Source: Octopus sinensis (taxonomy: Eukaryota). Taken from it: a stretch of 64,000 nucleotides of DNA. Below are positions 10,901-21,795 of the stretch, in pieces; position 1 is the stretch's first letter; each line of letters opens with the position of its first letter. Position numbers and translations under genes: made by a program. The notes beneath the pieces were generated by a model, which saw nothing but the letters and a program-made list of their open reading frames with translations, had not been told where the DNA came from and did no database searches. The stretch spans positions 45,818,001 through 45,882,000 of the forward strand of contig NC_043015.1 of the NCBI RefSeq assembly GCF_006345805.1, given 5' to 3'.

Positions 10901-13900
10901 CAGTTTAGCCAATAAAAACACACGCACTATATATTTGGTGTTATTTTGCTTCAGTGTTATTTATTTTTTACATTAATCTTAATCTTATTTCTTTCGTCAC
11001 ACTCCTGTGACTGCATCAGTGGTCCTTTGCTTTCTTCTTTCTTATTGGCTAAACTGGCAAAATGACCATTCCGAAATATAACAATATCTGTTTCAACACA
11101 CGACTTCACATAAAAAAATCGTGCACAACGAATATATAAGGCGCAGGAGTGGCTGTGTGGTAAGTAGCTTGCTAACCAACCACATGGTTCCGGGTTTAGT
11201 CCCACTGCGTGGTATCTTGGGCAAGTGTCTTCTGCTATAGCCCCAGGCCGACCAATGCCTTGTGAGTGGATTTGGTAGACGGAAACTGAAAGAAGCCTGT
11301 CGTATATATGTATATATATATATATGTATGTATGTGTGTTTGTGTGTCTGTGTTTGTCCCCCTAGCATTGCTTGACAACCGATGCTGGTGTGTTTACGTC
11401 CCCGTCACTTAGCGGTTCGGCAAAAGAGACCGATAGAATAAGTACTGGGCTTACAAAGAATAAGTCCTGGGGTCGATTTGCTCGACTAAAGGCAGTGCTC
11501 CAGCATGGCCGCAGTCAAATGACTGAAACAAGTAAAAGAGTAAAAGTGTACTCTTTTTATTGTTCTCTATTTGTTGAACTGTTAAGTTATGGGACATAAA
11601 CAGATGCAGCGTAAACATCACTTTCTCATATAGACTAGTGAGAGCAAAAGCAAACCCAGAAATCTCTCTGGTATGGCTGGCAGGGGAAGAGGTTTCAGTA
11701 TAGGTGGTGGTGGTGGTGGTGGTGGTGGTGGTGGGGAATAAGAAAGGACAGACAGACAGACTGTTCCTTTCCAAGCCATGACAGGAATAACAAAACAGAG
11801 AAAGAACAGGGAAATCAGGGAATAAAGATTGCAAAAATTAAAGCGATGGGGGCAGGGAAGGGTGCAAAGGTCAAGGCGCATATCTCTAACGAGTGACAAA
11901 ATTACGATTATGATATAAAAGGTATATCCTATTAATTATGTTTAATTCCTTTCTTTTACAGTCTCGTATACCAGTTTATTTAACGCATTCACCTGCCGGT
12001 ACCTCTACCCAAAATATGGCTCATTTTGCTCAGGTAAGGTTACAATGAAATTTTAGTCCAGTGCCTGAAAATACATCTTTATCATTAGCATTCTCTTATT
12101 CTCATGTTTTCTTTCATTATAAAACGTTTCTTTTGTTTGTTTTTGCAAAATATTCTCTCAACCCTTTTTTGATACCCAACCTGTCTGAGACTGCTTCTGG
12201 TTTTAAGATATAAACTTCTTGTCGGAGCACTGCATCCTTCAAAACTTCCATGCTTTCTGAGATTCACCAACACTACACCTGATTTTCTCCCCTCCATACA
12301 CACACAAGCATGTATCTGACTCATACATTGTTCGCTTTCCAGACATTTGTACATTACTGCATACACTTTATACGCACTTTCTGACAAGTTGTGGTGCACC
12401 TGAGCACTGTATACAATAATTTCATTATATTATATTATATTAAAATAAGGTGATTCCAGTTTCATGTTAATGTATATATTCCAAACTAGTGTTTGGAATA
12501 TCGACAAAGTTATTTCACTAAATCCTTCAATGTTATCAAAAATAATTAGAAATGAAAGCATTGAATTTCTGCAGAAATTTAATAGCAAAAGAAGTTATGT
12601 CCGTTTCCAAGTTTCTAAGGAAGACAAAATATTAAAAAAAAAAAATTTTTTTCAAATTAAAGTGAAAGCAACTCGTATAGAATGATGGACATCCCCCAAA
12701 TATACATAATATATTACAAAGAGGGCAGTCAATTTTCTTTGTTGACTAATATATCTATACGAGCAAAATGCCCCACATCCAATAGATGGTGTGCTAACGA
12801 TTCTGCCAGCTCGCCGCCTTAGATATCTTGCAAACAACTTGCACATGCAAGTGCTACCAGTCAAAAGCCCCGTATACCGGAAGCCAGCAAGTGTATGGGG
12901 GTCATCAGGAGAGAATGCGCGCCGTTTCGGGGCCTACCTCTCGATGGCATCAATGCGCACCAGCCCCCCTCACTAATATATGAGGCCCCGCTTGCTAGAT
13001 CAGCTGGTTATCAAATAAAACTCAATATTCTTCTAGCCATCGCTCATCGTCTCTTTTTAACCAAATTCAGTGGCTAGCCTTCTCCACTGTAGATTGGATA
13101 TCAGTCATGGTGGTATTGACTTTACGATGAGTTAGGCCTAGCGATAACAACTTCGATTTAAAAAATTATAAAAATTACACATTACAACCCAGCCTCAAAC
13201 TTTAAAATAAATAATCATAATAAGCTTCTCTTCTGTCTTATGATGCAAATGTATTTTAAAATTTGTCTATTTGTATATTTTTCTCTCTCTAAAATTTCAG
13301 TTGGTTCGTTCAAAGGATTGCAAAAAATACGATTACGGTACCCAAGCAGAAAACCTCTTACACTATGGACACGTAAGTTTTTAAAGAATATAAACTAAAA
13401 TAAAAAAAAAACAACTACAAGTGTCTTCTACTATTGCCACATGGTTCCGGGTTCAGTCCCTCTGTGTGGCACCTTGGGCAAGTGTCTTCTACTATAGCCT
13501 AGGGCTGACCAAAGCCTCATGGGTGGATATGGTAGATGGAAACTGAAAGAAGCCCGTCGTATATATGTATATATATATATGTATGTGTGTCTGTGTTTGT
13601 CCCCCTAGCATTGCTTGACAACCGATGCTGGTGTGTTTATGTCCCCGTTACTTAGCGGTTCGGCAAAAGAGACCGATAGAATAAGTACTGGGCTTACAAA
13701 AGAATAAGTCCCGGGGTCGAGTTGCTCGATTAAAGGCAGTGCTCCAGCATGGCCACAGTCAAATGACTGAAACAAGTAAAAGAGTAATGTATTCTTATTA
13801 AAAAGGAAGTCAGGCTACATTAGGTGATTTGCTAAAACTCCCAAGAAGAACAAGTCTATTATAAAGTGTTATCCTCTCATAAATTCCTGTTAATTTGACC

Positions 13901-15307
13901 AAATGAAAAAGTGGTTACCTTTCTAGTTGCTTCAAATATTTCAGTCCTTTTACATTTTATATTTGCTCTGGAAAAAGTACGTTTGTCTCAAAATCATATT
14001 CCTTCCCTTGTGAACTTAAGGTTATATGTGCCTAGATTAAAGTGTTGCTTTGGAACAGTTTTTTTTTATTGGAGCCATTTATCTTTGGGAAATGCATGCA
14101 TGTCATTCAATCACATTAACTCTCTTTTATAAATTTGTAAGACGGTCAGTTGGCAGAGTTGTTAGACCAGCGGTTGTCAACCACGGCTTCTAGGGTTGCA
14201 TGTGGTCTTCAAGCAACCTTCTGGTGATCCTTAATGATCTCCCCTTTATAAATATAATACACTTTCTTCTAGGGTTGCATGCGGCCCTCAAGCAACCTTC
14301 TGGTAATCCTTAGTGATCTCCCCTTTATAAATATAATACACTTTCCCCTAGGGTTGCATGCGGCCCTCAAACAACCTCCTGGTGATCCTTAGTGATCTCC
14401 CCTTTATAAATATAATGCACTTTCCCCTAGGGTTGCATGCAGCCCTTAAACAACCTTCTGGTGATCCTTAGTGATCTCCCCTTTATAAATATAATACACT
14501 TTCCTCTAGGGTTGCATGCGGCCCTCAAACAACCTTCTGGTGACCCTTAATGATCTCCCCTTTATAAATATAATACACTTTCCCCTAGGGTTGCATGCGG
14601 CCCTCAAACAACCTTCTGGTGACCCTTAATGATCTCCCCTTTATAAATATAATACCCTTTCCCCTAGGGTTGCATGCGGCCCTCAAGCAACCTTTTGGTG
14701 ACCCTCAGCGGTCTCCCCTCTATAAATATAATACACTTTTCTCTAATTGATTTGCGTTTTACTTGTTTTCGTGTGGACCCCTAAAAAAAAAAAATTTAGG
14801 TTTTAAATCTGGCCCAGATATTCAAAAGGTTGAGTATAGGACAGAATGAATTACAATGTTTGTTTTGACTTTCTGCACTCCGGGTTCAAATCCCACTGAG
14901 GCTAGCTTCATGCGTTAACTATAAAATAGTAATCTAAACCACTTCAACATGGCTGTTCCATTTTAGCCCCAGGAGGGCCCCCTCTTCGGTTTCTACAGAA
15001 CAGCCGTGTTGAAGTGGCGATAAACATTTCTTCTCGGTTATAGTTACTGCTTCTATCTCTTATAGAGGTTTTTCTAACCAGCTAGTAATTAAAACAATAA
15101 TGCTTAATGAAATGATGTGTGAAGCCCTGTCTAGGCTATCATATCGTTCTTCCTCCTCCTCCTCATAGCTGGGAAATATAAGCTTGCTTCCCAACCACAT
15201 GGTTCCGGGTTCAGTCCCTCTTGGGCAAGTGTCTTCTAAATATAGCCTAGGGCCGACCAAAGCCTCGTGGGTGGATATGGTAGAGGGAAACTGAAAGAAG
15301 CCCGTCG

Positions 15308-15351
<44 letters not shown>

Positions 15352-16520
15352 TATATACATAGATATACATACATATATATATATATGTGTGTATGTATGT
15401 ATGTGTGTATGTATGTGTGTATGTATGTGTGTGTATGTGTGTGTGTGTGTGTGCGCGTGTGTGAGAGACCATCTGAAACCGGTGTTGGTGCGTTTATGTC
15501 CCTGTAACTTAACGGTTCAGCAAAAGATATCGATAGAATAAATACTAAGCTTAAAAAAAAGGTCCTGGGGTCAATTCATTTGACTAAAATCCCTTCAAGG
15601 CGGTGCTCCAGCACGGCCGCAGTCAAATGACTGAAACTAGTAAAAGAATAAAAGAGTAAGACCGCCCCATGGCGAGGGAGGTGTGGGTAGCCATCTCCGA
15701 TAGCGGTGAGCAGGGATATGGTCCAGGGGAAGTAACTCCTCATGTTTAACAACGTTTCACGAATACGCTAACAAAATACGCTATTTAAATAAAAGTTTAA
15801 AGGATTTTATGAATTTACAAAATGCTTTCTTCGCTTCCAAATTCGGATGGTTTTCTCTTTTTACCTTATATCAAATATGTGGAAAGAGTTTCACATTAGA
15901 GTTTACTATTAAAGTAGTTAAATAGTTTTAGGAGCTAAATATTTAGGTCGTTAAATATTTAGCGGTATCCGTTATTATCTCCCTTGCACGATTTTTTCTC
16001 TCAGAAATATACCGTAGTTTAATGTGTATACTCTTTTGCTCTTTCACCAGTTTCAGTCATTTGAGTGCGGCCATGCTGGAGCACCGACTTTAGTCGAGCA
16101 AATCGACCTCAGGAGTTATTCTTTGTAAGAGTAGTACTTATTCTGTCTGTCCCTTTTGCCGAACCGCTGATTTACGGGGACGTAAACACACCAGCATCGG
16201 CTGTCAAGCGATGCTGGGGGGGGGGGACTAACACAGACACACAAACATATAAACAAAACGCACACACACACACACATTTATATATATACACACACACACA
16301 TATACGATGGGCTTCTTTCAGTTTCTGTCTACCGAATCCACTCACAAGGCTTTGGTCGGCCCGAGGCTTGACAGCCAATGCTGGTGTGTTTAAGTCCCCG
16401 TAACTTAGTGGTTCGGCAAAAGAGACCAATAGAATAAGTACTGGGCTTACAAAGAATAAGTCCTGGGGTCGATTTGCTCGACTAAAAAGGCGGTGCTCCA
16501 GCATGGCTGCAGACACACAA

Positions 16521-16562
<42 letters not shown>

Positions 16563-17372
16563 TTATTTTATCGAACCTGAAAGGATTGAAAAGCAAAGTC
16601 ATTCTCAGTGGAATTTTTAACTCAGAATGCCGCTAACGATTCTACCTGGCTTCTAACAATTTTGCCGGCTCGCCGCCTTAAACATGAAATTATTATAAAA
16701 ATTTTACCGGTGAGTGTGTTAAATCATAAGGCACAAAAAGAAAATGACTCTCCCCAGACACAACAGACTTCAGCACACGAACTCACATAAAGAATCTTGC
16801 AAACCAAATCCAAAAACGAAATATTATAAAAATATAAATGTATTAAACGCCATCGTTTTTCTTTCTCTATTAATGTTCTCTCTTTTGGCAGCCGACACCT
16901 CCCGCCTATAACGTCAGTAAATTGAAGATTCCTGTGGCCCTATATTCTGGTGGACGTGATAGCCTGGCTGACCCTAAGGTTTGGCACCACTTCTTCTTCT
17001 TCTTCTTCTTCTTCTCTTCTTCGCTCCTCCCCTCCTCCTCTTTCGCCTCATCTCCTCCTCCTCCTCCTCCATCCTCCTCTTCCACCTTCTTCTTCTTCTT
17101 CTTCTTCTTCTTCTTCTTTTTCTTCTTCTTCTTCTTCTTTTTCTTCTTTTTCTTCTTCTTTTTCTTCTTCTTCTTCTTCTTCCTTTTCTTCTTCTTCTTC
17201 TTCTTCCTCTCCTCCTCGTCTTCCTCTTGTCATCTTTCATTTTGTTTTTTCCCTTCTATACCTAATTCCATTTATACTACCTGGAAAAACACCATTTCCA
17301 CCACCACCACCACCACCACCACAACTACCACCACCATTACTATTACCACCACCACCACCACTACCACTACTA

Positions 17373-17407
<35 letters not shown>

Positions 17408-17703
17408 TTACTACCACCACCACCACCACCACCACCACCACTACTACTACTGATTGGCAGTGAATTAGAGAGACCCGTTTTTCTCCCCCTAAGTTCCTCA
17501 ACTCGACTAACATACAACCTTTTCAATTGATCTCACTTGTGCCGTCTTTTTGGTTGCAGGACGTCGCCCTATTGGTAAAGAAGCTGAAGACCAAAGTGAC
17601 ACACGTGGTCATCCCAAAGTGGGCACATCTGGAGTTCGTCTGGGCAGTAGATGGATGGGACACCATGTATAAGCAGATGATTGAACTGCTGAGAAAATAT
17701 TGA
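3567..17703 (+). CDS. Acid lipase family gene (lysosomal acid lipase/gastric lipase-like); 9 coding exons visible, 5' part missing, apparent frameshift in first visible exon
   Basis: Exons 3567-3767, 5941-6055, 6376-6526, 7783-7869, 9634-9789, 11962-12033, 13301-13372, 16892-16978 and 17560-17703 are all bounded by AG/GT. Hand translation gives family motifs [81 protein letters not shown] and HLEFVW. About 361 aa if the frameshift is corrected. Orthology within the family cannot be assigned without a search. Confidence 0.95.
4010..4480. mobile_element. Two oppositely oriented fragments of a SINE with RTE-type (GAT/CAT)n tail (family D)
   Basis: ggaagggcatccagc motif on both strands with (GAT)n and (CAT)n tails; homologous to 6830-7355. 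Confidence 0.65.
4803..5070 (+). mobile_element. SINE family B, partial concatemer with alternative junction and alternative tail
   Basis: Tail ...aaagaaata is joined to agaaacgttagc (A-box region); the second unit ends in cccaaaaatttcgggctttgtgcctagagtagaaaaga. Confidence 0.75.
5273..5517. mobile_element. Tc1/mariner-type MITE
   Basis: Imperfect TIRs taccaggttagccaaagtcacctggcagtaaa / tttactgtcaggtgactattggccaaccctgta, set in TA repeats. Confidence 0.65.
5574..5747. repeat. Near-perfect 174-bp loopless palindrome
   Basis: Centre ttgg|ccaa at 5660/5661; 87-bp arms with 2 visible mismatches. Confidence 0.9.
5941..6055 (+). CDS. Lipase exon B ([38 protein letters not shown])
   Basis: Acceptor ttctatatgcag, donor ag|gtgagt; 115 nt, phase 1 to 2. 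Confidence 0.95.
6376..6526 (+). CDS. Lipase exon C with catalytic Ser ([51 protein letters not shown])
   Basis: Acceptor ttctcctccag, donor aag|gtttgt; 151 nt, phase 2 to 0. Confidence 0.95.
6830..7355 (+). mobile_element. SINE family D (RTE-type tail)
   Basis: gttggcgttaggaagggcatccagctg...ccaacccatgctagcatggaaagcggacgttaaa(tga)n; internal repeats gtggcacgtaaaaagca. Confidence 0.7.
7423..7750 (-). mobile_element. SINE family A (5'-truncated)
   Basis: Reverse complement of family A body and tail; ends about 30 bp upstream of exon D. Confidence 0.85.
7783..7869 (+). CDS. Lipase exon D ([29 protein letters not shown])
   Basis: Acceptor ttttacttctag, donor aag|gtaaga; 87 nt, phase 0-0. Confidence 0.92.
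7900..9560. repeat. Long alternating purine-pyrimidine minisatellite made of ATGT-initiated 8-mers
   Basis: Modules ATGTGTGC, ATGTATAT, ATGTATAC and ATGTATGT fill most of intron D-E. Confidence 0.95.
9634..9789 (+). CDS. Lipase exon E, lid/cap region with Cys pair ([52 protein letters not shown])
   Basis: Acceptor ttctacctgcag, donor tcg|gtaagt; 156 nt, phase 0-0. Confidence 0.92.
10203..11139. mobile_element. Compound inverted-repeat element (family unassigned)
   Basis: Outer arms 10203-10299 / 11042-11139 and inner arms ~10570-10627 / 10876-10933 share tttcggaatggtcattttgccagtttagccaataa; a fragment of the arm tip also occurs at ~38380-38420. Confidence 0.7.
10720..10784 (+). pseudogene. 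Duplicated fragment of lipase exon D with its splice acceptor
   Basis: 63 of 65 nt identical to 7763-7827. Confidence 0.9.
11139..11546 (+). mobile_element. SINE family A, full length
   Basis: aggcgcaggagtggctgtgtggtaag head through gtaaaagagtaaaag tail. Confidence 0.9.
11962..12033 (+). CDS. Lipase exon F ([24 protein letters not shown])
   Basis: Acceptor ttcttttacag, donor cag|gtaagg; 72 nt. Confidence 0.95.
13301..13372 (+). CDS. Lipase exon G ([24 protein letters not shown])
   Basis: Acceptor aaaatttcag, donor cac|gtaagt; 72 nt. Confidence 0.93.
13420..13787 (+). mobile_element. SINE family A
   Basis: Family A body and tail with a rearranged 5' end. Confidence 0.85.
14168..14835. mobile_element. 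hAT (Charlie-like) MITE remnant containing a 79-bp tandem array
   Basis: Starts cagcggttgtcaacc and ends near aaaaggttgag; the right end is degenerate. Confidence 0.55.
14191..14743. repeat. 79-bp minisatellite, 7 copies
   Basis: tagggttgcatg unit starts at 14191, 14270, 14349, 14428, 14507, 14586 and 14665. Confidence 0.97.
15180..15660 (+). mobile_element. SINE family A
   Basis: Family A body and tail. Confidence 0.8.
16030..16512. mobile_element. SINE family A fold-back (minus copy fused to a plus copy)
   Basis: 16030-16367 is minus strand; it switches at cgaggcttgacagcc to plus strand 16366-16512. Confidence 0.8.
16892..16978 (+). CDS. Lipase exon H with catalytic Asp ([29 protein letters not shown])
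   Basis: Acceptor tcttttggcag, donor aag|gtttgg; 87 nt. Confidence 0.94.
16990..17450. repeat. Compound trinucleotide repeats (CTT, CCT, CAC, TAC) filling the last lipase intron
   Basis: Seen directly. Confidence 0.95.
17560..17703 (+). CDS. Lipase terminal exon I with catalytic His ([47 protein letters not shown])
   Basis: Acceptor ttttggttgcag; TGA at 17701-17703. Confidence 0.94.
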   Translation, partial: DVALLVKKLKTKVTHVVIPKWAHLEFVWAVDGWDTMYKQMIELLRKY

Positions 17704-18125
17704 TGGTAACTATTTTATTTTGTTTTTTGTTGTATTTTATTTCATTTTATTATTATTTTCTTTTTGCTGGTTTCAATTCTTCAAATACGAAACAGTTTCA
17801 AAGTTTTTAGCACAAGGCCAGAAATTTCGGAAGTACTCAACTGGAAGTACTCAACTGCTACTTATTTCATTGACCCTGAAACAGGATGAAAGGCGGAGTC
17901 GACCCCGGCGGAATTTTGAACTCAGAACGTAAAGACGGACGAAAATGATCATTAAAGTGCAACGACCTCCAAAATAACCAGCCTTCAATTTGGTTTTCTG
18001 TTCCTAGGCTAATCGGAAACACAGATCGCCGTGCTACTCATAAACCTTCTTGGTAGTTCAATTATTTGGTGAAACAAAAATACCACCAAAGCAACTTAAA
18101 ATGTCCAAGGACTGGTGCGTTTGTT

Positions 18126-18177
<52 letters not shown>

Positions 18178-18270
18178 ATTAAGGGTTCATTTGTATCAGG
18201 TACTTAAATTATACATATCAGGTTGGGTCGAATTAACTTGTAAATAATAATAATAATTATTAGTATTATT

Positions 18271-18677
18271 GCCTTTGCACAGCTTCTAACGCTGGAAATG
18301 TATTACAGTGTCAGCTGTTCACTACCAGGGAACTAAGGTAACACCCCTTATTTTTCGAGGACCTTCCGGAGTATTCGAGCGGTTGCAAGCAGTATTATTT
18401 TCTGCAAGTGTTCCACCCTTATTGCAGCCCCTATTTGTTCCACGTACTTCTTGAGATTTTTGCTCACTGTTCCCAGGGCTCCGACAATTATTGGTACTAC
18501 TGCTACCTTTTTCATCGATCACAACTGCTTAACTTCCCAAGCTAACCTGTCATATCTATCGACTTTTCTTTCTTCCTTATCGCATACCTTGTTGTTAGTT
18601 GGGCATGCTATATATATGATCCAGCATAGTTTTCCTTTCTCATTTAAGACTATGCCCGGCTTCCTATTCTCTATCTC
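18271..18677 (-). mobile_element. 3' end of an R4/Dong-like non-LTR retrotransposon (restriction-like endonuclease domain), decayed
   Basis: 18677->18348 translates EIENRKPGIVLNEKGKLCWIIYIACPTNNKVCDKEERKVDRYDRLAWEVKQL*SMKKVAVVPIIVGALGTVSKNL...TARILRKVLEK*, a degenerate R-PD...D...K and PIIVGALG pattern; embedded in TAA repeats. Confidence 0.8.
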
Positions 18678-18860
18678 ATTATTATTATTATTATTATTAT
18701 TAATTTTCTTCTTCTTCTTCTTCTTCTTCTTCTTCTTCTCATCATCGTCATTGTCATCATCATCATCATCATCATTATTATTATTATTATTATTATTAAT
18801 TTATTATTATTATTATTATTATTAATTTATTATTATTATCATTATTATTATTAATTTTAC

Positions 18861-18903
<43 letters not shown>

Positions 18904-19271
18904 TATTTTTTATTTTTTACAGGTAATCAATACTTCAATACTTCAGAAATTCCAAGATATATTCGCAATGTCTCCAGGAATCATATACTACCAATTTGCT
19001 GACGAATTAAACGATAATCTTAGATCTGTGACAACAATTCTGAATGTGTGTGTGCGCACGTGTATTTGTATTTGTGTATTTGCGTGTATGGTAGATGTTG
19101 ATAAATGCCTGTGTGCACGTGTATGTATATTTATGTGTGTGTGTGTTTAGGGCTTATTGCTTTCTTGCCGTCTCTACAGCTGTTTCAAACTACTTTAGAT
19201 TGTGTTAACTTTGCGCTGGAATACAAATGCTATTCAAAACGGGAATCCAAGCCCCCCCCCCCCAACAGATA

Positions 19272-19538
19272 TATAGGCTGTCCATAAATTATCTTTACAA
19301 TTTGAGAAATTCAGTGAAAAAAAAAACAAAAAAAAAAACTAATGAAAAACAAAACAAAACAGGATAATTTCAGCAAAGTTTATTGGAAAACATAGGCAAG
19401 CAAATAGATTTATCTGAAACATCAGAACAATTCCGCGTGAGCTCCTTGGTTGCAAGCACCCCAATGAGTTATCCTTATCACTTCTTTTTTCTGAATTTTT
19501 CAAATTGTAAAGGTAATCGATGATGAGCGCCCTGTATA
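19272..19538. mobile_element. Tc1/mariner-type MITE (copy 1)
   Basis: tataggctgtccataaattatctttacaatt...aattgtaaaggtaat..cgccctgtata; paralogous to 26964-27241. Confidence 0.7.
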
Positions 19539-19540
19539 TA

Positions 19541-19580
<40 letters not shown>

Positions 19581-19659
19581 TGTATATATATATATGTATA
19601 TATATATGTAATGTATGTATATATATATATATATATATATATCTATATATATATCAATT

Positions 19660-21010
19660 ATACTAACCTCGACTTTTCAAATCCTTTTCTTTCTCTCTGG
19701 TTCTTCTTATATTCTCTTGTACCATTTACCATCAAATTCCTCTACACTATCATCTCCACCACAACACTAATCATCTCCTAGATCTTCAGTATTTCCTCAA
19801 CCTTTGTATCATCCTATCCAACCTCGTGTTCCACCAGTCTCTGCGTGGTCGATCAAGTACTCGCCCACCTTAAACTGCTTCTCTTTCACGGACGAGGCCT
19901 ACCAACAGCTAACTAAGGTTTCCATGAGATAACCAGAATATTCTCCAACTATACCAAGCATAGTTCACCAGTCCTTCTCACAGTTCATCAGCTCTATTTT
20001 AGAACTGTATGGTCACCATATAGATGACTATAATGGCGCTGCCATCGTTAGCCGTCAACAATTCCACACTTTTGTCTCGACAATTTTGTCAGTCTTTGCT
20101 CGAATTCACCTCTATCATCTTGGAAATCTCCCCCAACAATTTCCTGGACATCTTTGTCCTCATCTACTACCTCACCCACACACTCACCACTCTCGCCATC
20201 GCCTTCCATAAACCCACCCATTCCTACTCCCACTTTGATATTTCTTCCTCCTACTTCACTCACAATAACAGAGCCATAGCCATCCCTTACTCCCAGTTCC
20301 TTTAGTTTCGCCAGCTATGTGAATGTGACCACAATTTCGAGACCCAGTCATGCACAATACACGATCTGTCTCTTCACTAGATGTGGAAAAGTTCCCACTT
20401 TTGTCCAAGCCACCCTCACTCACGCCCGGCTCTCTACCCATGCACACTTCATTCCCAGCTGTTACCCTTTTCTTTTCACCATTCTTCAACTCAGTCGGCC
20501 TGTTTCAAGATCCCCTACACGCATTCTACCTCCTCCAATTTGATGGTACGACTTTCACCTTTTCCCTAACTCACTCCTTCCCTAATTCAATCGTTCTTGC
20601 AATTTATGCGGTTCATCCTCCTCCGTTCGTGCCCCACTCCTTCTTCTTTATTCGTTGTGACACCTAACCGTTCCCTACCAACACCACTGCCATATTTCTG
20701 ATTCCTTCAGCCTGTACCGCTATCTCAAGTATTATATCTATTACCTCAAATGCTTTCTTTGCAATAACTTATATATTGGTCAAACTGGCTGACTGATTCA
20801 GAGATCATCTTCACGACATCTTGCTTAGCAACCAGACATTTGTCTCTCTCATTTTCCACTTTTCAAACCACTCAACACAATACCTTTCCATGTTTATATT
20901 GGCTTTACACATCGTGTTTGGTCTGCAAACTCCAGGCTTTGCTGGGAGCAGCGATTTATTTTCTTCCTAAACTAACACCCCATTCAGCCTCAGTTCACCA
21001 TCTAATTTCC
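19660..21010 (+). mobile_element. Decayed Penelope-like element (RT thumb + GIY-YIG)
   Basis: Fragments LEFT..FLDI..KPTHSYSHFDISSS..AIPYSQFL and C..CNNLYIGQTG..FRDHLHDI, with many frameshifts. Confidence 0.75.
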
Positions 21011-21764
21011 TCTGACATCTCCGACTCACACTCACTAACTTAACACACACTCTCTGCATACACACTTATTTACGCAACACCCTCATATTACACACACACA
21101 CACAACAAAATATATCCTCCAACATTCTCCGCCCCTACACACTGCATATATACACATACATGCAAACATTTCGCACGCACAACAAAATATTCAAACATGC
21201 ACTCACCAACTTGCATTCACACATACATACATACACACTTTAACACCCGCACTCCATAAAGCAACAATGCAGCTAATGCCCATGCGTTCGCGCACATGTG
21301 CGATTAGCTAATGAACACATGTACTCAAGCAACATACACGAACGTACACACAGACGGACACACTCCCACAAGAAAATATGACGCATTTGTTTTCGTGCGC
21401 ACACACATACACACAACACAAAATACCTTACTCCATATCCTAAAATAACAGACATGTATAAAAGCACACTTAAACACACGAAAAATGCAAAAGTACGTAC
21501 ACGTATCCTATTTTGAATCCGCTATTTTTTCTCTGAGCACCAAACTCGGCTACCTCCTACTTCTGGTCAGTCAATGGCCACTAAAGTGACAAGTTTCACG
21601 TTAGCATATCTACCACAAATTATCCTTTAATTTAAAAAATCTTCCCCCATCTTTCCTTCTCGCTCTGCACCCCCCCCCGTCATAACTCTTTCTCTGCGAA
21701 TTAGAGTAATAATTTTTTATCGTGAATTTATCTCGTCTTCTTTTTAATCTTCTTCCTCTCATCA

Positions 21765-21795
<31 letters not shown>

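Noticed and set aside
14191-14743. CRISPR-like regular repeat
   Set aside because: Whole units repeat with no unique spacers, the context is eukaryotic, and there are no cas genes.
16922-17530. 202-aa ORF extending exon H through the intron
   Set aside because: In-phase trinucleotide repeats lack stops; good donor/acceptor sites and exon I supply the catalytic His.
18923-19002. Possible exon after ttttttacag (NQYFNTSEIPRYIRNVSRNHILPIC*)
   Set aside because: No family similarity and no partner exon; the pyrimidine tract derives from the adjacent TTA repeat.
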